From Acidobacteriota bacterium (GTDB lineage Bacteria > Acidobacteriota > Polarisedimenticolia > J045): 64,000 nt of DNA. The notes under the pieces were generated by a model, which had not been told where the DNA came from, did no database searches, and was given only the letters and a program-made list of their open reading frames with translations. Shown here one piece after another: positions 53,196 through 63,349 of the stretch (the first letter of the stretch is position 1; every line of letters begins with the position of its first letter). Position numbers and translations under genes: made by a program. Where the stretch lies: positions 552 through 64,551 of the forward strand of contig JALOKP010000008.1 in assembly GCA_025456425.1 (NCBI GenBank), read 5' to 3'.

Positions 53196-55264
53196 CGCCG
53201 CGCCGCGCCGCGCACGCCGTGCTGGCTGCGCTGCTCGCGGTGACGCTGGCCGCGCTCGCGCCGGCCGAGGCCGCCAAGAAGAAGAGCGGCTCCTCCTCCA
53301 AGAAGAGGAAGCCCGCGGCGGCGGCGGCGCTGCCCAAGATCCCGGAGGTGCCGCCGCCGGTCCTCGAGGCGGCCGGTCCCGGCGAGGCGGTCCGCGGGGT
53401 CGTCGTCCCCGGCACGGGCCTGGCCGGGGTGGTGCTCTGGCCGGGGCGCGAGTCGCTCGAGTCTCCGGGCGTTCCCGCCGGCGCTGCCCTTGTCTCGGCC
53501 CAGCTCGCCGCGCTCGCTGCGGCGGCCTCCGAGCCCGGCGCAGCGCCGCTGGTGGTGCTCTTCCCGGAGGGGATCGGCGTCGGCGTGCGGCTCGACGGCG
53601 GGGACGAGGCGCGGCTGGCCCGCTTGCTGTCGGCGCTGGCCACGCCGCGCCCGCTGGCGGAAGGGCCGCGACAGGCGGCGCTCGAACGGCTGCAGCGCAT
53701 CGCGGGCGAGCACTGGTCGAACCCGGAGACGGTCGCGCGCCGCGCTGCGCTCGGTCTGCTCTACCCAGGCAGCCGCTTCCCGTGGGACCCCGTCCCCGCG
53801 TCGTCGGCGGTGGGCGAGACCGATGCCAACGCCCGCGCCGCCGTCTTCGCGGCGGTCCGCGAGTCACGCGTGCGCTTTCTCGTGGCCGGCCCCGCCGGCC
53901 TGGCCGGGCGGCTGGCCGGACCGCTCGCCTCCCGCGGGGGGGCGCCGCCGGCCGGCGCGGCAGCACCGGTGCCGGCGCCGAGCGCGCCGCTCGCCGCGCT
54001 GGTGGACGAGGAGGACGCCTCGGGGGCGCCGCGCCAGGTCGGGCTCGCGCTGGCCTACGCGCTCGCCGGAACGGCCGCGCCGCCGAACCAGCGCGCCGCG
54101 CTGGCGGTGCTGGCCGAAGGGCTGACCGAAGGGGAGGGGTCGCTGGCCCAGCGGCTGAAGGTGGTGTTGGGGCAGCCCGCTCCCGCGCGGGTAGAGATCG
54201 TCCGCGGCGCGGGCGGGGACGAGGCGCTGGTGCTGAGCGCGCTCGTGCCGGCGCCGTCGACCGGCCTGGCGTGGCGGGTGATGACCGGCGCGGTGACCTC
54301 GGTCCAGTCGATCGCGCTGCGTGACGACGCGATCTACCGGGCCCGCCGGCGCCTCGCCGAAGAGGCGGCGGCGCGTCGCAACGATCCGTCGGCCGCGTTG
54401 GCCGACGCCTTCGGCGGGACGGCCTCGGTTCGCGCCTCGGCGCTCGCGCTGCGCGCGGCGGACATCGAGGCCGCGGCGCAGCAGGCGCTCGTCCCGGCGC
54501 GCCGGGCCGCGGTTGCGGCCGGGCCCCTGGGCGACACGCTGGCCGAGGTCCCGGAGTTCACGGGGTCCCTGCGCCTGGCGTGGGAGCGGTTCGACCCGCT
54601 GTCCGAGACGCTGATGCAGTCCGGCGACGCGGCCGAGCGCGACGCCGCCGCGGCCCAGGAGCTGGCCCGGGCGGCGCTGGCCGCGCTCGCGGACGGCGCG
54701 ACGCCGACCTTCGACCCGCGCTACAACGCGACCTACCGCGTGCGCGAGGAGACGCCGGCCGGGCCGGTGGAGTCGACGCTCCGGATCGTCGCCTCGCCCG
54801 ACGGGATCTCGTGGTCGGTCGACGCCCCCGACTGGACGATCGAAGCCGAGGAGCGCGCGGCGAAGGGGAGCGCCCCCGCGGACGGCGTGATCCACTTGCC
54901 GCAGCCGAATCGACTGCTCGGCCTGGCGCTGCGCGAGCCCGCAATCCTGCTCGCCAGCGTCGCCGACGGCTCGGTCGGCGCGGAGGCGGTGCGCGCGAAC
55001 TGCGACGGCGCGCTCTGCCCCGCGCTGCGGGCGGAGCTGGAGGATGGATCGGTGCTCACGCTGGTGCTCGACGAGGCGACGAAGATGCCCCGCACGCTGC
55101 GCACCTGGTGGCCGGGCAAGGACGAGAGCCGCACCCCCGACGAGCAGGTCCGGTACCTCGCCTGGCGGCGCGCCGGCACGGTGCGCGTCGCGGAGCAGAT
55201 CTCGGTCGAGGACGCGCTGGGCACCACGCGGCGCGTCACGCTCGACGAGTGGACCTGGCGGTGA
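53192..55264 (+). CDS. Secreted hypothetical protein (690 aa)
   Basis: GTG at 53192 overlaps the upstream stop. Signal peptide plus a Lys-rich linker (AKKKSGSSSKKRKP). No confident family. Confidence 0.45.
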   Translation: MTPRRAAHAVLAALLAVTLAALAPAEAAKKKSGSSSKKRKPAAAAALPKIPEVPPPVLEAAGPGEAVRGVVVPGTGLAGVVLWPGRESLESPGVPAGAALVSAQLAALAAAASEPGAAPLVVLFPEGIGVGVRLDGGDEARLARLLSALATPRPLAEGPRQAALERLQRIAGEHWSNPETVARRAALGLLYPGSRFPWDPVPASSAVGETDANARAAVFAAVRESRVRFLVAGPAGLAGRLAGPLASRGGAPPAGAAAPVPAPSAPLAALVDEEDASGAPRQVGLALAYALAGTAAPPNQRAALAVLAEGLTEGEGSLAQRLKVVLGQPAPARVEIVRGAGGDEALVLSALVPAPSTGLAWRVMTGAVTSVQSIALRDDAIYRARRRLAEEAAARRNDPSAALADAFGGTASVRASALALRAADIEAAAQQALVPARRAAVAAGPLGDTLAEVPEFTGSLRLAWERFDPLSETLMQSGDAAERDAAAAQELARAALAALADGATPTFDPRYNATYRVREETPAGPVESTLRIVASPDGISWSVDAPDWTIEAEERAAKGSAPADGVIHLPQPNRLLGLALREPAILLASVADGSVGAEAVRANCDGALCPALRAELEDGSVLTLVLDEATKMPRTLRTWWPGKDESRTPDEQVRYLAWRRAGTVRVAEQISVEDALGTTRRVTLDEWTWR

Positions 55265-57114
55265 GCGCGCCGCTCGGATCGGTCGGGGCGCGGCAGCCGC
55301 TGGACCGGGTGGTGGTCCGGATCGCCGGCGACTCCGGCGACGGGATCCAGGTGACCGGCGGCCAGATGACCTCGACCTCGGCCCTCGCCGGCAACGACGT
55401 CGCCACGCTGCCCGACTACCCGGCCGAGATCCGCGCCCCCGCCGGGACCCTGCCAGGGGTCTCCGGCTTCCAGCTCCAGTTCTCCTCCTCCGAGATCATG
55501 ACCCCCGGCGACCAGGCCGACGTCCTCGTCGCCTTCAACCCGGCGGCGTTGAAGGTCCACCTGCGGGACCTCCGGCGCGGCGGGATCCTGCTGGTCAACG
55601 AGGACGCCTTCGACGAGAACGGATTGCGCAAGGCGGGCTACGCCGCGAGCCCGCTCGACGACGGCTCGCTGGCCAACGTGGCGCTGCACCGCGTCGCGAT
55701 CTCGCGCCTGACGCGCGAGGCGCTGGCCGGGACGGGGCTCGGGGCGAAGGACGCGGAGCGCTGCAAGAACTTCTTCGCGCTCGGGATGCTCTACTGGCTC
55801 TATGGCCGGCCGGTCGACCCGACCGTGCGCTGGATCCGCGACAAGTACGCGAAGCGGCCCGAGCTGGCCGAGGCCAACGAGAAGGTCCTGCGCGCCGGCT
55901 ACAACTTCGGCAACACGGTCCGGCTGTTCCAGAGCGTCTACGAGGTGCCGCCAGCCCGGCTCGCCCCGGGGACCTACCGCAACCTCGACGGCAACGAGGC
56001 GATCGCGCTGGCGCTGGCCGCGATCGCGCAGCGCTCGGGCCTGAAGGTCGTGCTCGGCAGCTACCCGATCACGCCGGCCTCGACGGTGCTGCACGCCTGC
56101 AGCCGGCTCAGGGCGTACGGCGTGACCGCCTACCAGGCCGAGGACGAGATCGCCAGCATCGGCGCCGCGCTGGGCGCGGCCTTCGCCGGCGCGCTGGGCG
56201 TGACGACGACGAGCGGGCCCGGCCTCGCGCTGAAGGGCGAGACGCTCGGTCTCGCGACGATGGTCGAGCTGCCGCTCCTGGTCTTCGACATCCAGCGTGC
56301 GGGCCCCTCGACCGGGATGCCCACCAAGACCGAGCAGTCGGACCTGCTCATGGCGCTGTTCGGCCGCCACGGCGAGGCGCCGCTGCCGGTGCTCGCGCCG
56401 GCGACCCCCTCCGACTGCTTCTGGATCACGATCGAGGCCGCGCGGATCGCGATCCGCTACCGGACGCCGGTGATCGTGCTGTCCGAGGGCTACCTCGCGA
56501 GCGGCTCCGAGCCGTTCCGCGTCCCGCGCCCCGACGAGATCCCGGTCCTCGATCCGGGCTACCTGACCGACCCGGCAGGCTACGCGGGGGCCTACGCGCG
56601 CGACCCGGAGACCCTGGCCCGGCCCTGGATCCCCGCCGGGACGCCGGGGCTGCAGCACCGCGTCGGCGGGCTGGAGAAGGACGACCTGGGGCAGGTCTCG
56701 TACGACGCCGGGAACCACCAGCGGATGGTCGCGCTGCGGGCGGGGAAGATCGCCGGGATCGCGGCGGACCTTCCGCCGGCGCGGCTCGAGGAAGGGACCG
56801 CGGGCGACGACCTGCTGGTCGTCGGCTGGGGCTCGACCTGCGGCGCGATCACCCAGGCCGTGCGCGAAGAGCGCGCCCTCGGCCGCCGGGTCGCCAGCCT
56901 GCACCTGCGCCACCTCAATCCGCTGCCGCGGGGTCTCGGCGAGCTGCTCGCCGCCTTCCCGCGCGTGCTGGTCCCCGAGCTCAACACCGGCCAGCTGCTC
57001 TGGCTGCTCTCGGCGCGCTTCCACGTCGACGCCGTCGGCTTCCACAAGGTGCAGGGGGCCCCGTTCCGCGTCGGCGAGCTGCGCGCCCGGATCGCCGAGA
57101 TGCTGGGAGCCTGA
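55261..57114 (+). CDS. korA: 2-oxoacid:ferredoxin oxidoreductase subunit alpha
   Basis: GTG at 55261 overlaps the previous stop. IAGDSGDGIQVTG...DYPAEIRAP N-terminus and the GSYPITPAS motif. Confidence 0.85.
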   Translation: MSAPLGSVGARQPLDRVVVRIAGDSGDGIQVTGGQMTSTSALAGNDVATLPDYPAEIRAPAGTLPGVSGFQLQFSSSEIMTPGDQADVLVAFNPAALKVHLRDLRRGGILLVNEDAFDENGLRKAGYAASPLDDGSLANVALHRVAISRLTREALAGTGLGAKDAERCKNFFALGMLYWLYGRPVDPTVRWIRDKYAKRPELAEANEKVLRAGYNFGNTVRLFQSVYEVPPARLAPGTYRNLDGNEAIALALAAIAQRSGLKVVLGSYPITPASTVLHACSRLRAYGVTAYQAEDEIASIGAALGAAFAGALGVTTTSGPGLALKGETLGLATMVELPLLVFDIQRAGPSTGMPTKTEQSDLLMALFGRHGEAPLPVLAPATPSDCFWITIEAARIAIRYRTPVIVLSEGYLASGSEPFRVPRPDEIPVLDPGYLTDPAGYAGAYARDPETLARPWIPAGTPGLQHRVGGLEKDDLGQVSYDAGNHQRMVALRAGKIAGIAADLPPARLEEGTAGDDLLVVGWGSTCGAITQAVREERALGRRVASLHLRHLNPLPRGLGELLAAFPRVLVPELNTGQLLWLLSARFHVDAVGFHKVQGAPFRVGELRARIAEMLGA

Positions 57115-57115
57115 G

Positions 57116-58168
57116 ATGTCCGCCGCCGGTCCGCCCCCCACGCGCAAGGACTTCGCCTCGGACCAGGAGGTACGCTGGTGCCCCGGCTGCGGGGACTACG
57201 CGATCCTCAGCACGGTCCAGGCGGTCTTTGCCAAGCTCGGCCTGGCGCGCGAGCGCACCGTGATCGTCTCCGGGATCGGCTGCTCCTCGCGATTCCCCTA
57301 CTACATGAACACCTACGGCTTCCACACGCTGCACGGCCGGGCGCCGGGAATCGCGACCGGCGTGAAGCTGGCGGCCCCGGAGCTGTCGGTGTGGGTCGTC
57401 ACCGGCGACGGGGACGCGCTCGCGATCGGCGCCAACCACTTCGTGCACGCGATGCGGCGCAACGTCGGCCTCAAGATCCTGCTCTTCAACAACCGGATCT
57501 ACGGCCTCACCAAGGGGCAGTTCTCGCCGACCTCCGCACGCGGCCAGAGGACGCCGTCGACCCCGCTCGGGTCGCTCGACCCGCCGTTCAACCCGCTGGC
57601 GCTCGCGCTGGGGGCGGGTGCGACCTTCGTGGCCCGCAGCGTCGACCGCTTCGGCGTCCACCTGGCCGAGACGCTCGAGGCGGCTGCAGCGCACCGTGGC
57701 ACGGCGTTCGTCGAGATCTACCAGAACTGCAACATCTTCAACGACGGGGCCTTCGGCTACCTGACCGACAAGGACGGGCGGGTCGACCACGCCCTCTATC
57801 TGAGGCCCGGCGAGCCGCTCCGCTGGGGACGGGACGGGGAACACGGCCTGGGGCTCGGCCTGGCGGGCGAGCTGGTCCGCGTCCCCGCGGCCGCCGCCCC
57901 CGGAGCGGTGCTGCGGCACGATCCCGGGGCGGACAGCCCGGCCCGCGCCTTCGCCCTCGCCCAGCTGGACCACCCGGAGTTCCCGGTGCCGCTGGGGGTC
58001 CTCCGCGCCGTCGTGCGGCCGACGCTGGAGGGGGAGCATGAGCGGCAGGCGGCTGCCGCCCGGGAGGGCGGGGGCCCCGACCTCGCGCGGCTCCTGGCGG
58101 GCCCCGAGACCTGGGAGGTCGGGGCCGGGGAGGCCGGGGACCCCGCCGGAACGGCCCTTTCCGGTTGA
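57116..58168 (+). CDS. korB: 2-oxoacid:ferredoxin oxidoreductase subunit beta (TPP-binding)
   Basis: WCPGCGDYAIL, GIGCSSRFPYY, TGDGDALAIG motifs. Confidence 0.9.
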   Translation: MSAAGPPPTRKDFASDQEVRWCPGCGDYAILSTVQAVFAKLGLARERTVIVSGIGCSSRFPYYMNTYGFHTLHGRAPGIATGVKLAAPELSVWVVTGDGDALAIGANHFVHAMRRNVGLKILLFNNRIYGLTKGQFSPTSARGQRTPSTPLGSLDPPFNPLALALGAGATFVARSVDRFGVHLAETLEAAAAHRGTAFVEIYQNCNIFNDGAFGYLTDKDGRVDHALYLRPGEPLRWGRDGEHGLGLGLAGELVRVPAAAAPGAVLRHDPGADSPARAFALAQLDHPEFPVPLGVLRAVVRPTLEGEHERQAAAAREGGGPDLARLLAGPETWEVGAGEAGDPAGTALSG

Positions 58169-58288
58169 CAGGGGGCGGGGGGACGGGTAGCCTTCCGCGG
58201 TTTTGTTTCGCGCGGCCCCGCGCGGCGGGGCGAGGTGCCTGTGTGCGCCACGCGCCGCATCGGCCCGGACCAGGAAGAGGATCGCAGC

Positions 58289-58741
58289 ATGCGCACGTAT
58301 TTCCCGTCCAAGGGTGAGATCCCACGCGAGTGGTGGGTCGTCGACGCGACCGGGATCCCCCTCGGCCGTCTGGCCACCGTGGTGGCCCATCACCTTCGCG
58401 GCAAGAACAAGACCGGCTTCGTGCCGTTTCTCGACACCGGCGACTTCGTGATCGTGGTGAACGCCGACAAGGCGGTCCTCACCGGCCGCAAGCTCGATCA
58501 GAAGATGTACCGCCACCACAGCGGCCACCCGGGCGGGCTTTACGAGTCGACCGCGCGCGTCGTGCTGAACGACCGCCCCGAGAAGGCGGTCGAACTGGCG
58601 GTCTGGGGCATGCTGCCCAAGAACAAGCTGGGGCGGCGCCTGTTCACCAAGCTCCACGTCTACCGCGGAGGGGAGCACCCGCACCAGGCGCAGAAGCCCA
58701 AGGTGCTCAGGCTCGAGACCCCGGCCAGGAGTGCGTCATGA
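58289..58741 (+). CDS. rplM: 50S ribosomal protein L13
   Basis: ATG at 58289. [17 protein letters not shown]...GDFVIVVNA...[12 protein letters not shown]. Confidence 0.95.
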   Translation: MRTYFPSKGEIPREWWVVDATGIPLGRLATVVAHHLRGKNKTGFVPFLDTGDFVIVVNADKAVLTGRKLDQKMYRHHSGHPGGLYESTARVVLNDRPEKAVELAVWGMLPKNKLGRRLFTKLHVYRGGEHPHQAQKPKVLRLETPARSAS

Positions 58742-59133
58742 GCGCGACGATCCAGTACAACGGCACCGGCCGCCGCAAGGAAGCCGTGGCGCGGGTCTAC
58801 GTCCGCCCGGGCACCGGCCTGGTGCGCGTCAACGACCGGGCCTTCGACGACTACTTCCCGCAGGCGACGCTGCGGATGATGATCGAGAAGCCCCTGGCGC
58901 TCACCGAGACCCGCGAAAAGCTCGACGTGATCGCGACCATTGCGGGCGGCGGCCCCACCGGCCAGGCCGGGGCGATGCGCCTCGGGATCGCCCGCGCCCT
59001 GCTCGAGTTCGATGCCTCGCTCCGCCCGAAGCTCAAGGTGGAGGGGCTGCTGACGCGCGACGCGCGCGAGGTGGAACGCAAGAAATACGGCCGGCCGGGC
59101 GCGAGGAAGCGCTTCCAGTTCAGCAAGCGCTGA
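58738..59133 (+). CDS. rpsI: 30S ribosomal protein S9
   Basis: ATGA overlap with rpl[13 protein letters not shown]...[10 protein letters not shown]...[19 protein letters not shown]. Confidence 0.95.
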   Translation: MSATIQYNGTGRRKEAVARVYVRPGTGLVRVNDRAFDDYFPQATLRMMIEKPLALTETREKLDVIATIAGGGPTGQAGAMRLGIARALLEFDASLRPKLKVEGLLTRDAREVERKKYGRPGARKRFQFSKR

Positions 59134-59240
59134 CGGTGCGCTCCCCCCGGGCGTCGGGCCCGGGGGAGGCGGACCAGCCCACCGGCGACAACCCAAGGCG
59201 TCCGCCGCCCTCGAGGCGGAGCCTGCCATCGGAGGTTTTC

Positions 59241-60119
59241 GTGGATCAGACCGTCGCAGTCACCCTGCGCGAGCTGCTCGAGGTCGGCGCGCACTTCGGC
59301 CACCAGCGCAGCCGCTGGAACCCCGCGATGCGCCCTTACATCTTCGGGCTGCGCGGGGGCGTCTACGTCATCGACCTGCAGAAGACCGTGGTCCTGCTGC
59401 AGGACGCGATCAACTTCGTCCGCGACCTGACGGCGCAGGGCAAGATCGTGCTCTTCGTCGGCACCAAGAAGCAGGCGCAGGAGATCGTCGTCCGCGAGGC
59501 CCGGCGCTGCGAGATGTTCTACGTCGACGAGCGCTGGCTGGGCGGCCTGCTCACCAACTGGGCGACGGTGAAGCGCTCGATCGACAAGCTCAAGGAGCTG
59601 GAGGCGCTCGAGACCGACGCCAAGTTCGCCCACCTGACCAAGAAGGAGCGGCTCTCGCTGGCCAAGACCCGCACCCGTCTCGACAAGACCCTGTCGGGGA
59701 TCAAGGACATGGGACGCCGGCCGGACGCGATCTTCATCGTCGACGTCGGCCGGGAGACGATCGCGGTCGACGAGGCCAACAAGCTGGGGATCCCGGTGAT
59801 CGGAATCGTCGACACCAACTCCGACCCGTCGCGGATCGACTTCCCCGTGCCGGCCAACGACGACGCGATCCGCTCGATCGAACTGATCACCAGCCGGCTG
59901 GCCGACGCGATCAACGAGGGGCGCAACATCTGGCGGGCCCAGCGGCCCGAGCGGACTCCGCGCCCGGCGCGCGGGCGGCGCCCGGGACGCGACGAGGCGG
60001 CGGCCGATGCCACGGCCGATGCCACGGCGGTGGCGGCCCCGGACGAGAGCGAGACGATCGCTCCGGTGGCGCCGGAGACCGCCGGCCCGACCGGCAGCGA
60101 GCCGGCCGAGCAGGCGTGA
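59241..60119 (+). CDS. rpsB: 30S ribosomal protein S2
   Basis: GGAGG then GTG at 59241. LLEVGAHFGHQRSRWNP...RWLGGLLTN...IVDTNSDP. Confidence 0.95.
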   Translation: MDQTVAVTLRELLEVGAHFGHQRSRWNPAMRPYIFGLRGGVYVIDLQKTVVLLQDAINFVRDLTAQGKIVLFVGTKKQAQEIVVREARRCEMFYVDERWLGGLLTNWATVKRSIDKLKELEALETDAKFAHLTKKERLSLAKTRTRLDKTLSGIKDMGRRPDAIFIVDVGRETIAVDEANKLGIPVIGIVDTNSDPSRIDFPVPANDDAIRSIELITSRLADAINEGRNIWRAQRPERTPRPARGRRPGRDEAAADATADATAVAAPDESETIAPVAPETAGPTGSEPAEQA

Positions 60120-60173
60120 CCGGGCGCCCGGCGGCATAGTCCGCGGGGCCGGCCCGAAAGGACGAGGAACCGG

Positions 60174-60955
60174 ATGAGCATTGCGGCGAGCGACGTCAAG
60201 AAGCTCCGCGACATGACCGGCGCGGGGATGATGGACTGTCCAAGGCCGCCAAGAAGACCGACCGCGAGACCCGGGAAGGCCTGGTCGACGCCAAGGTCGA
60301 GGGGCGCGCCGGAGCCCTGGTCCAGATCTCGTGCGAGACCGATTTCGTGGCCCGCACGGAGGACTTCACTGCCCTGGCGGCGGCGCTGCTGCGGCAGGCC
60401 TTCGCCGACAAGACGGCCTCGGCCGAGGAACTGCTGGCGCGGCCGTTCGCCGGGGGTGGCGGCAGCGTGCAGGAGATCCTGACCGGGACGATCGCCAAGC
60501 TCGGCGAGAACATGCAGGTCGCGCGCGCCGCGTACTTCGAAGCGCCGCAGGGTGCGGTCCACGCCTACATCCATCCCGGCAACCGCGTCGGCGTGCTGCT
60601 CGAGGTCAAGGCCGACGACGCGACGCTGGCGGCGCTGGCCCCGACGATCCACGACGTCGCGATGCAGGTCGCGGCCGCCTCGCCGTCGTTCGTGCGCCGC
60701 GAGGAGGTCGACGCGGCGACGCTCGAGAAGGAGCGCGAGATCGCGCGCGAGCAGCTCAAGGAGTCGGGCAAGCCGGCCGCGGTGATCGAGAAGATCGTCG
60801 ACGGCAAGCTGGCGAAGTTCTTCGAGGAAGCCTGCCTGCTCGAGCAGCCTTTCATCAAGGACGACGCGAAGAAGGTCGCCGACGTCATGAAGGAAGCGGC
60901 CGGCGGCAGGCCGTTCGAGGTCGTGCGCTTCGCCCGTTTCGCCCTGGGCGCCTGA
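60174..60955 (+). pseudogene. tsf: Elongation factor Ts, interrupted: about 22 codons missing plus a frame change after codon 21-22
   Basis: Frame 0 gives MSIAASDVKKLRDMTGAGMMDC, then nonsense. From 60236 a second frame gives LSKAAKKTDRETREGLV...CETDFVARTEDF and continues to 60955. The KKAL...LRKKG segment of the UBA-like domain is absent. Confidence 0.8.
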
Positions 60956-60964
60956 GTCCCGGCG

Positions 60965-61720
60965 GTGGGCGCCGGAGAACCTTCGCGCGTCCCCCCGGCC
61001 GGCGGCGAGCCGCGGTACCGCCGCATTCTGCTCAAGCTCTCGGGCGAGGCCCTGCTCGGCGCGCGCGAGTTCGGCGTCGACCCGGCCGTCGTCCAGGCGA
61101 TCTCGCGCGAGATCGCGGACGTCCACGCGCTCGGCGTACAGGTCGGGATGGTGCTGGGCGGCGGGAACATTTTCCGCGGCGTGCAGACCGCGGCCCGCGG
61201 CGGCGTCGATCGCGTCACCGGCGACCAGATGGGGATGCTGGCGACGGTCATGAACTCGCTGGCCTTCCAGGACGGGCTGGAGGCGATCGGCGTCGAGACG
61301 CGGGTGCTGTCCGCGGTCGCGATGCCTCAGCTCGCCGAGCCGTTCATCCGCCGGCGCGCGATCCGTCACCTCGAAAAGGGGCGGATCGTGATCCTCGCGG
61401 CCGGAACCGGGAACCCCTACTTCACGACCGACACCGCGGCCGCGCTGCGCGCGATGGAGCTGCGCGCCGAGGTCCTGATGAAGGCGACCAAGGTCGACGG
61501 GATCTACGACAAGGACCCCAAGCAGCACGCCGACGCGGTAATGTTCCCCGAGCTCAGCTACCGCGAGGTGATGAGCCGGCGGCTGGCGGTGATGGACGCG
61601 ACGGCGATCACGCTCTGCATGGACAACCGGATGCCGATCCTCGTCTTCAACCTGACCCGGCCGGGCAGCATCGTCGCGGCGGTGAAGGGCGAGGCGATCG
61701 GGTCGATCGTGAAGGAGTGA
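60965..61720 (+). CDS. pyrH: UMP kinase
   Basis: [36 protein letters not shown] motifs. Confidence 0.95.
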   Translation: MGAGEPSRVPPAGGEPRYRRILLKLSGEALLGAREFGVDPAVVQAISREIADVHALGVQVGMVLGGGNIFRGVQTAARGGVDRVTGDQMGMLATVMNSLAFQDGLEAIGVETRVLSAVAMPQLAEPFIRRRAIRHLEKGRIVILAAGTGNPYFTTDTAAALRAMELRAEVLMKATKVDGIYDKDPKQHADAVMFPELSYREVMSRRLAVMDATAITLCMDNRMPILVFNLTRPGSIVAAVKGEAIGSIVKE

Positions 61721-61722
61721 CG

Positions 61723-62277
61723 ATGCTCGAGAAGGTCTTCACCGACGCCGAAAAGCGGATGGACCTGGCGGTCGAGGGCGTGAAGCGCGAGCTCTCGGGC
61801 CTGCGGACGGGGCGGGCCTCGGTCTCGATCCTCGACGGGATCTCGGTCGATTACTACGGCTCGCCGACCCCGCTGGCGCAGATGTGCAAGCTCTCGACGC
61901 CGGACGCGGGGACGATCGTGGCCCAGCCCTTCGACCCCTCGGTGATCAAGGATGTCGAGAAGGCGATCAAGGTCGCCGACCTCGGGCTGAACCCGAGCAA
62001 CGACGGCAAGGTCGTGCGGATCCCGATCCCGCCGCTGACCGAGGAGCGCCGCAAGCAGCTGGTCAAGAAGGTCGGCCAGATCGTGGAAGAAGGGAAAAAC
62101 GGCGTGCGCCAGGTCCGGCGCGAGGCCAACGAAGAGGTCAAGTCGCTCGAGAAGGACGGGAAGGTCTCGGAGGACGATGCGCGCCGCGGGCTGGAGCGGG
62201 TGCAGAAGCTGACCGACGACCACGTCAAGAAGCTCGACGACCTGGGCAAGGCGAAGGACAAGGAGCTGATGGAGTTC
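61723..62277 (+). CDS. frr: Ribosome recycling factor (no stop codon at the expected end; frame stays open to 62790)
   Basis: The 185 aa ending KAKDKELMEF match full-length RRF. The next codon is TGT instead of a stop. Confidence 0.9.
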
Positions 62278-63335
62278 TGTTCGCCGCGCTCCCGGAATTC
62301 GAGGAACTCGTGCTCGTCGTGCCCGACGGCGCGGCCGGGGCTGAAGTGGCCGAGGCCGCGCGCGCGGCCGGGTCCGGGACCCGCCTCGCGGTCGTCCCGG
62401 GCGGCGCGCGGCGGCGCGATTCCGTCGCGGCCGGGCTGGCCGCGGTCCGCGGCGCCGAGCACGTGCTGGTCCACGACACCGCGCGGCCGCTGCTTTCGGC
62501 GGCGCTGGTCGGGCGCGTGCTGGCGGCGGCGCGCGCCGAGGGGGCGGCGGTCCCCGCCTTGGCGATCGCCGATGCGTTGGTGCGCGGTGCGGAGGGCCGG
62601 GTCGCGGACGAGGTTCCGCGCCAGGCGCTGTTCGCCGTGCAGACGCCGCAGGGCTTCCGCACCGAACTGCTGCGCGAGGCCCACCGGCAGGCGCCGCTGG
62701 ACTGGGACGCAGCCGACGACGGGGCGCTGGTTCGCGCCCTCGGGCACCCGGTGGCGCTGGTGGAGGGCGAAGCGGAGAACGTCAAGGTGACCTGGGCCGG
62801 GGATCTCGCGCGGGCCGAGGCGATGCTCGCGGCACGGGAGGAGCGGACAGCGATGTCGTCGCGGGTCGGGATCGGGTGGGACGTCCACCCGCTGGTGGCC
62901 GGCCGGGTATTCCGGCTGGCGGGGGTCGAGGTCGGGGCCGAGTTCGGTCCGGCCGGGCACTCGGACGGCGACCCCCTGGCCCACGCGGTCGCCGACGCGC
63001 TGCTCGGCGCCGCGGCGCTCGGGGACATTGGACGGCTCTTTCCGGACACCGACCCGCGCTGGGCCGGGCTGCCCGGGCTCGAACTGCTGCGGCGGACCCG
63101 GCAGCACCTCGCCGGACACGGCTTCCTGCCGGTGCAGGTCGACGCGGTGCTGGTCGTGGACGCGCCGAAGATCGCGCCGCACAGCCAGGCGATCCGGAGC
63201 GCGCTGGCCGACGCGCTGGGACTGCGGGACGAGGCGGTCTCGGTCAAGGGGAAGCGGACCGAGGGGCTGGGCGGCCTGGCCGGCGGCAAGGGGGTCGCGT
63301 GCCACGCCGTCGCGACCGTGATCCGGAACGCGTGA
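62278..63335 (+). pseudogene. ispDF: Fused IspD-IspF, 5'-truncated (about 45 N-terminal codons of IspD absent)
   Basis: Frame of ORF 61884..63335. IspD homology starts at LFAALPEFEELVLVVPDG (VLVHDTARP and QTPQGF present), and the AAGxGxR / PKQ motifs are missing. The IspF part is intact (GIGWDVHPL...HSDGDPLAHA...KGKRTEGLG). Confidence 0.75.
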
Positions 63336-63349
63336 AGGAGAGGGGACCG

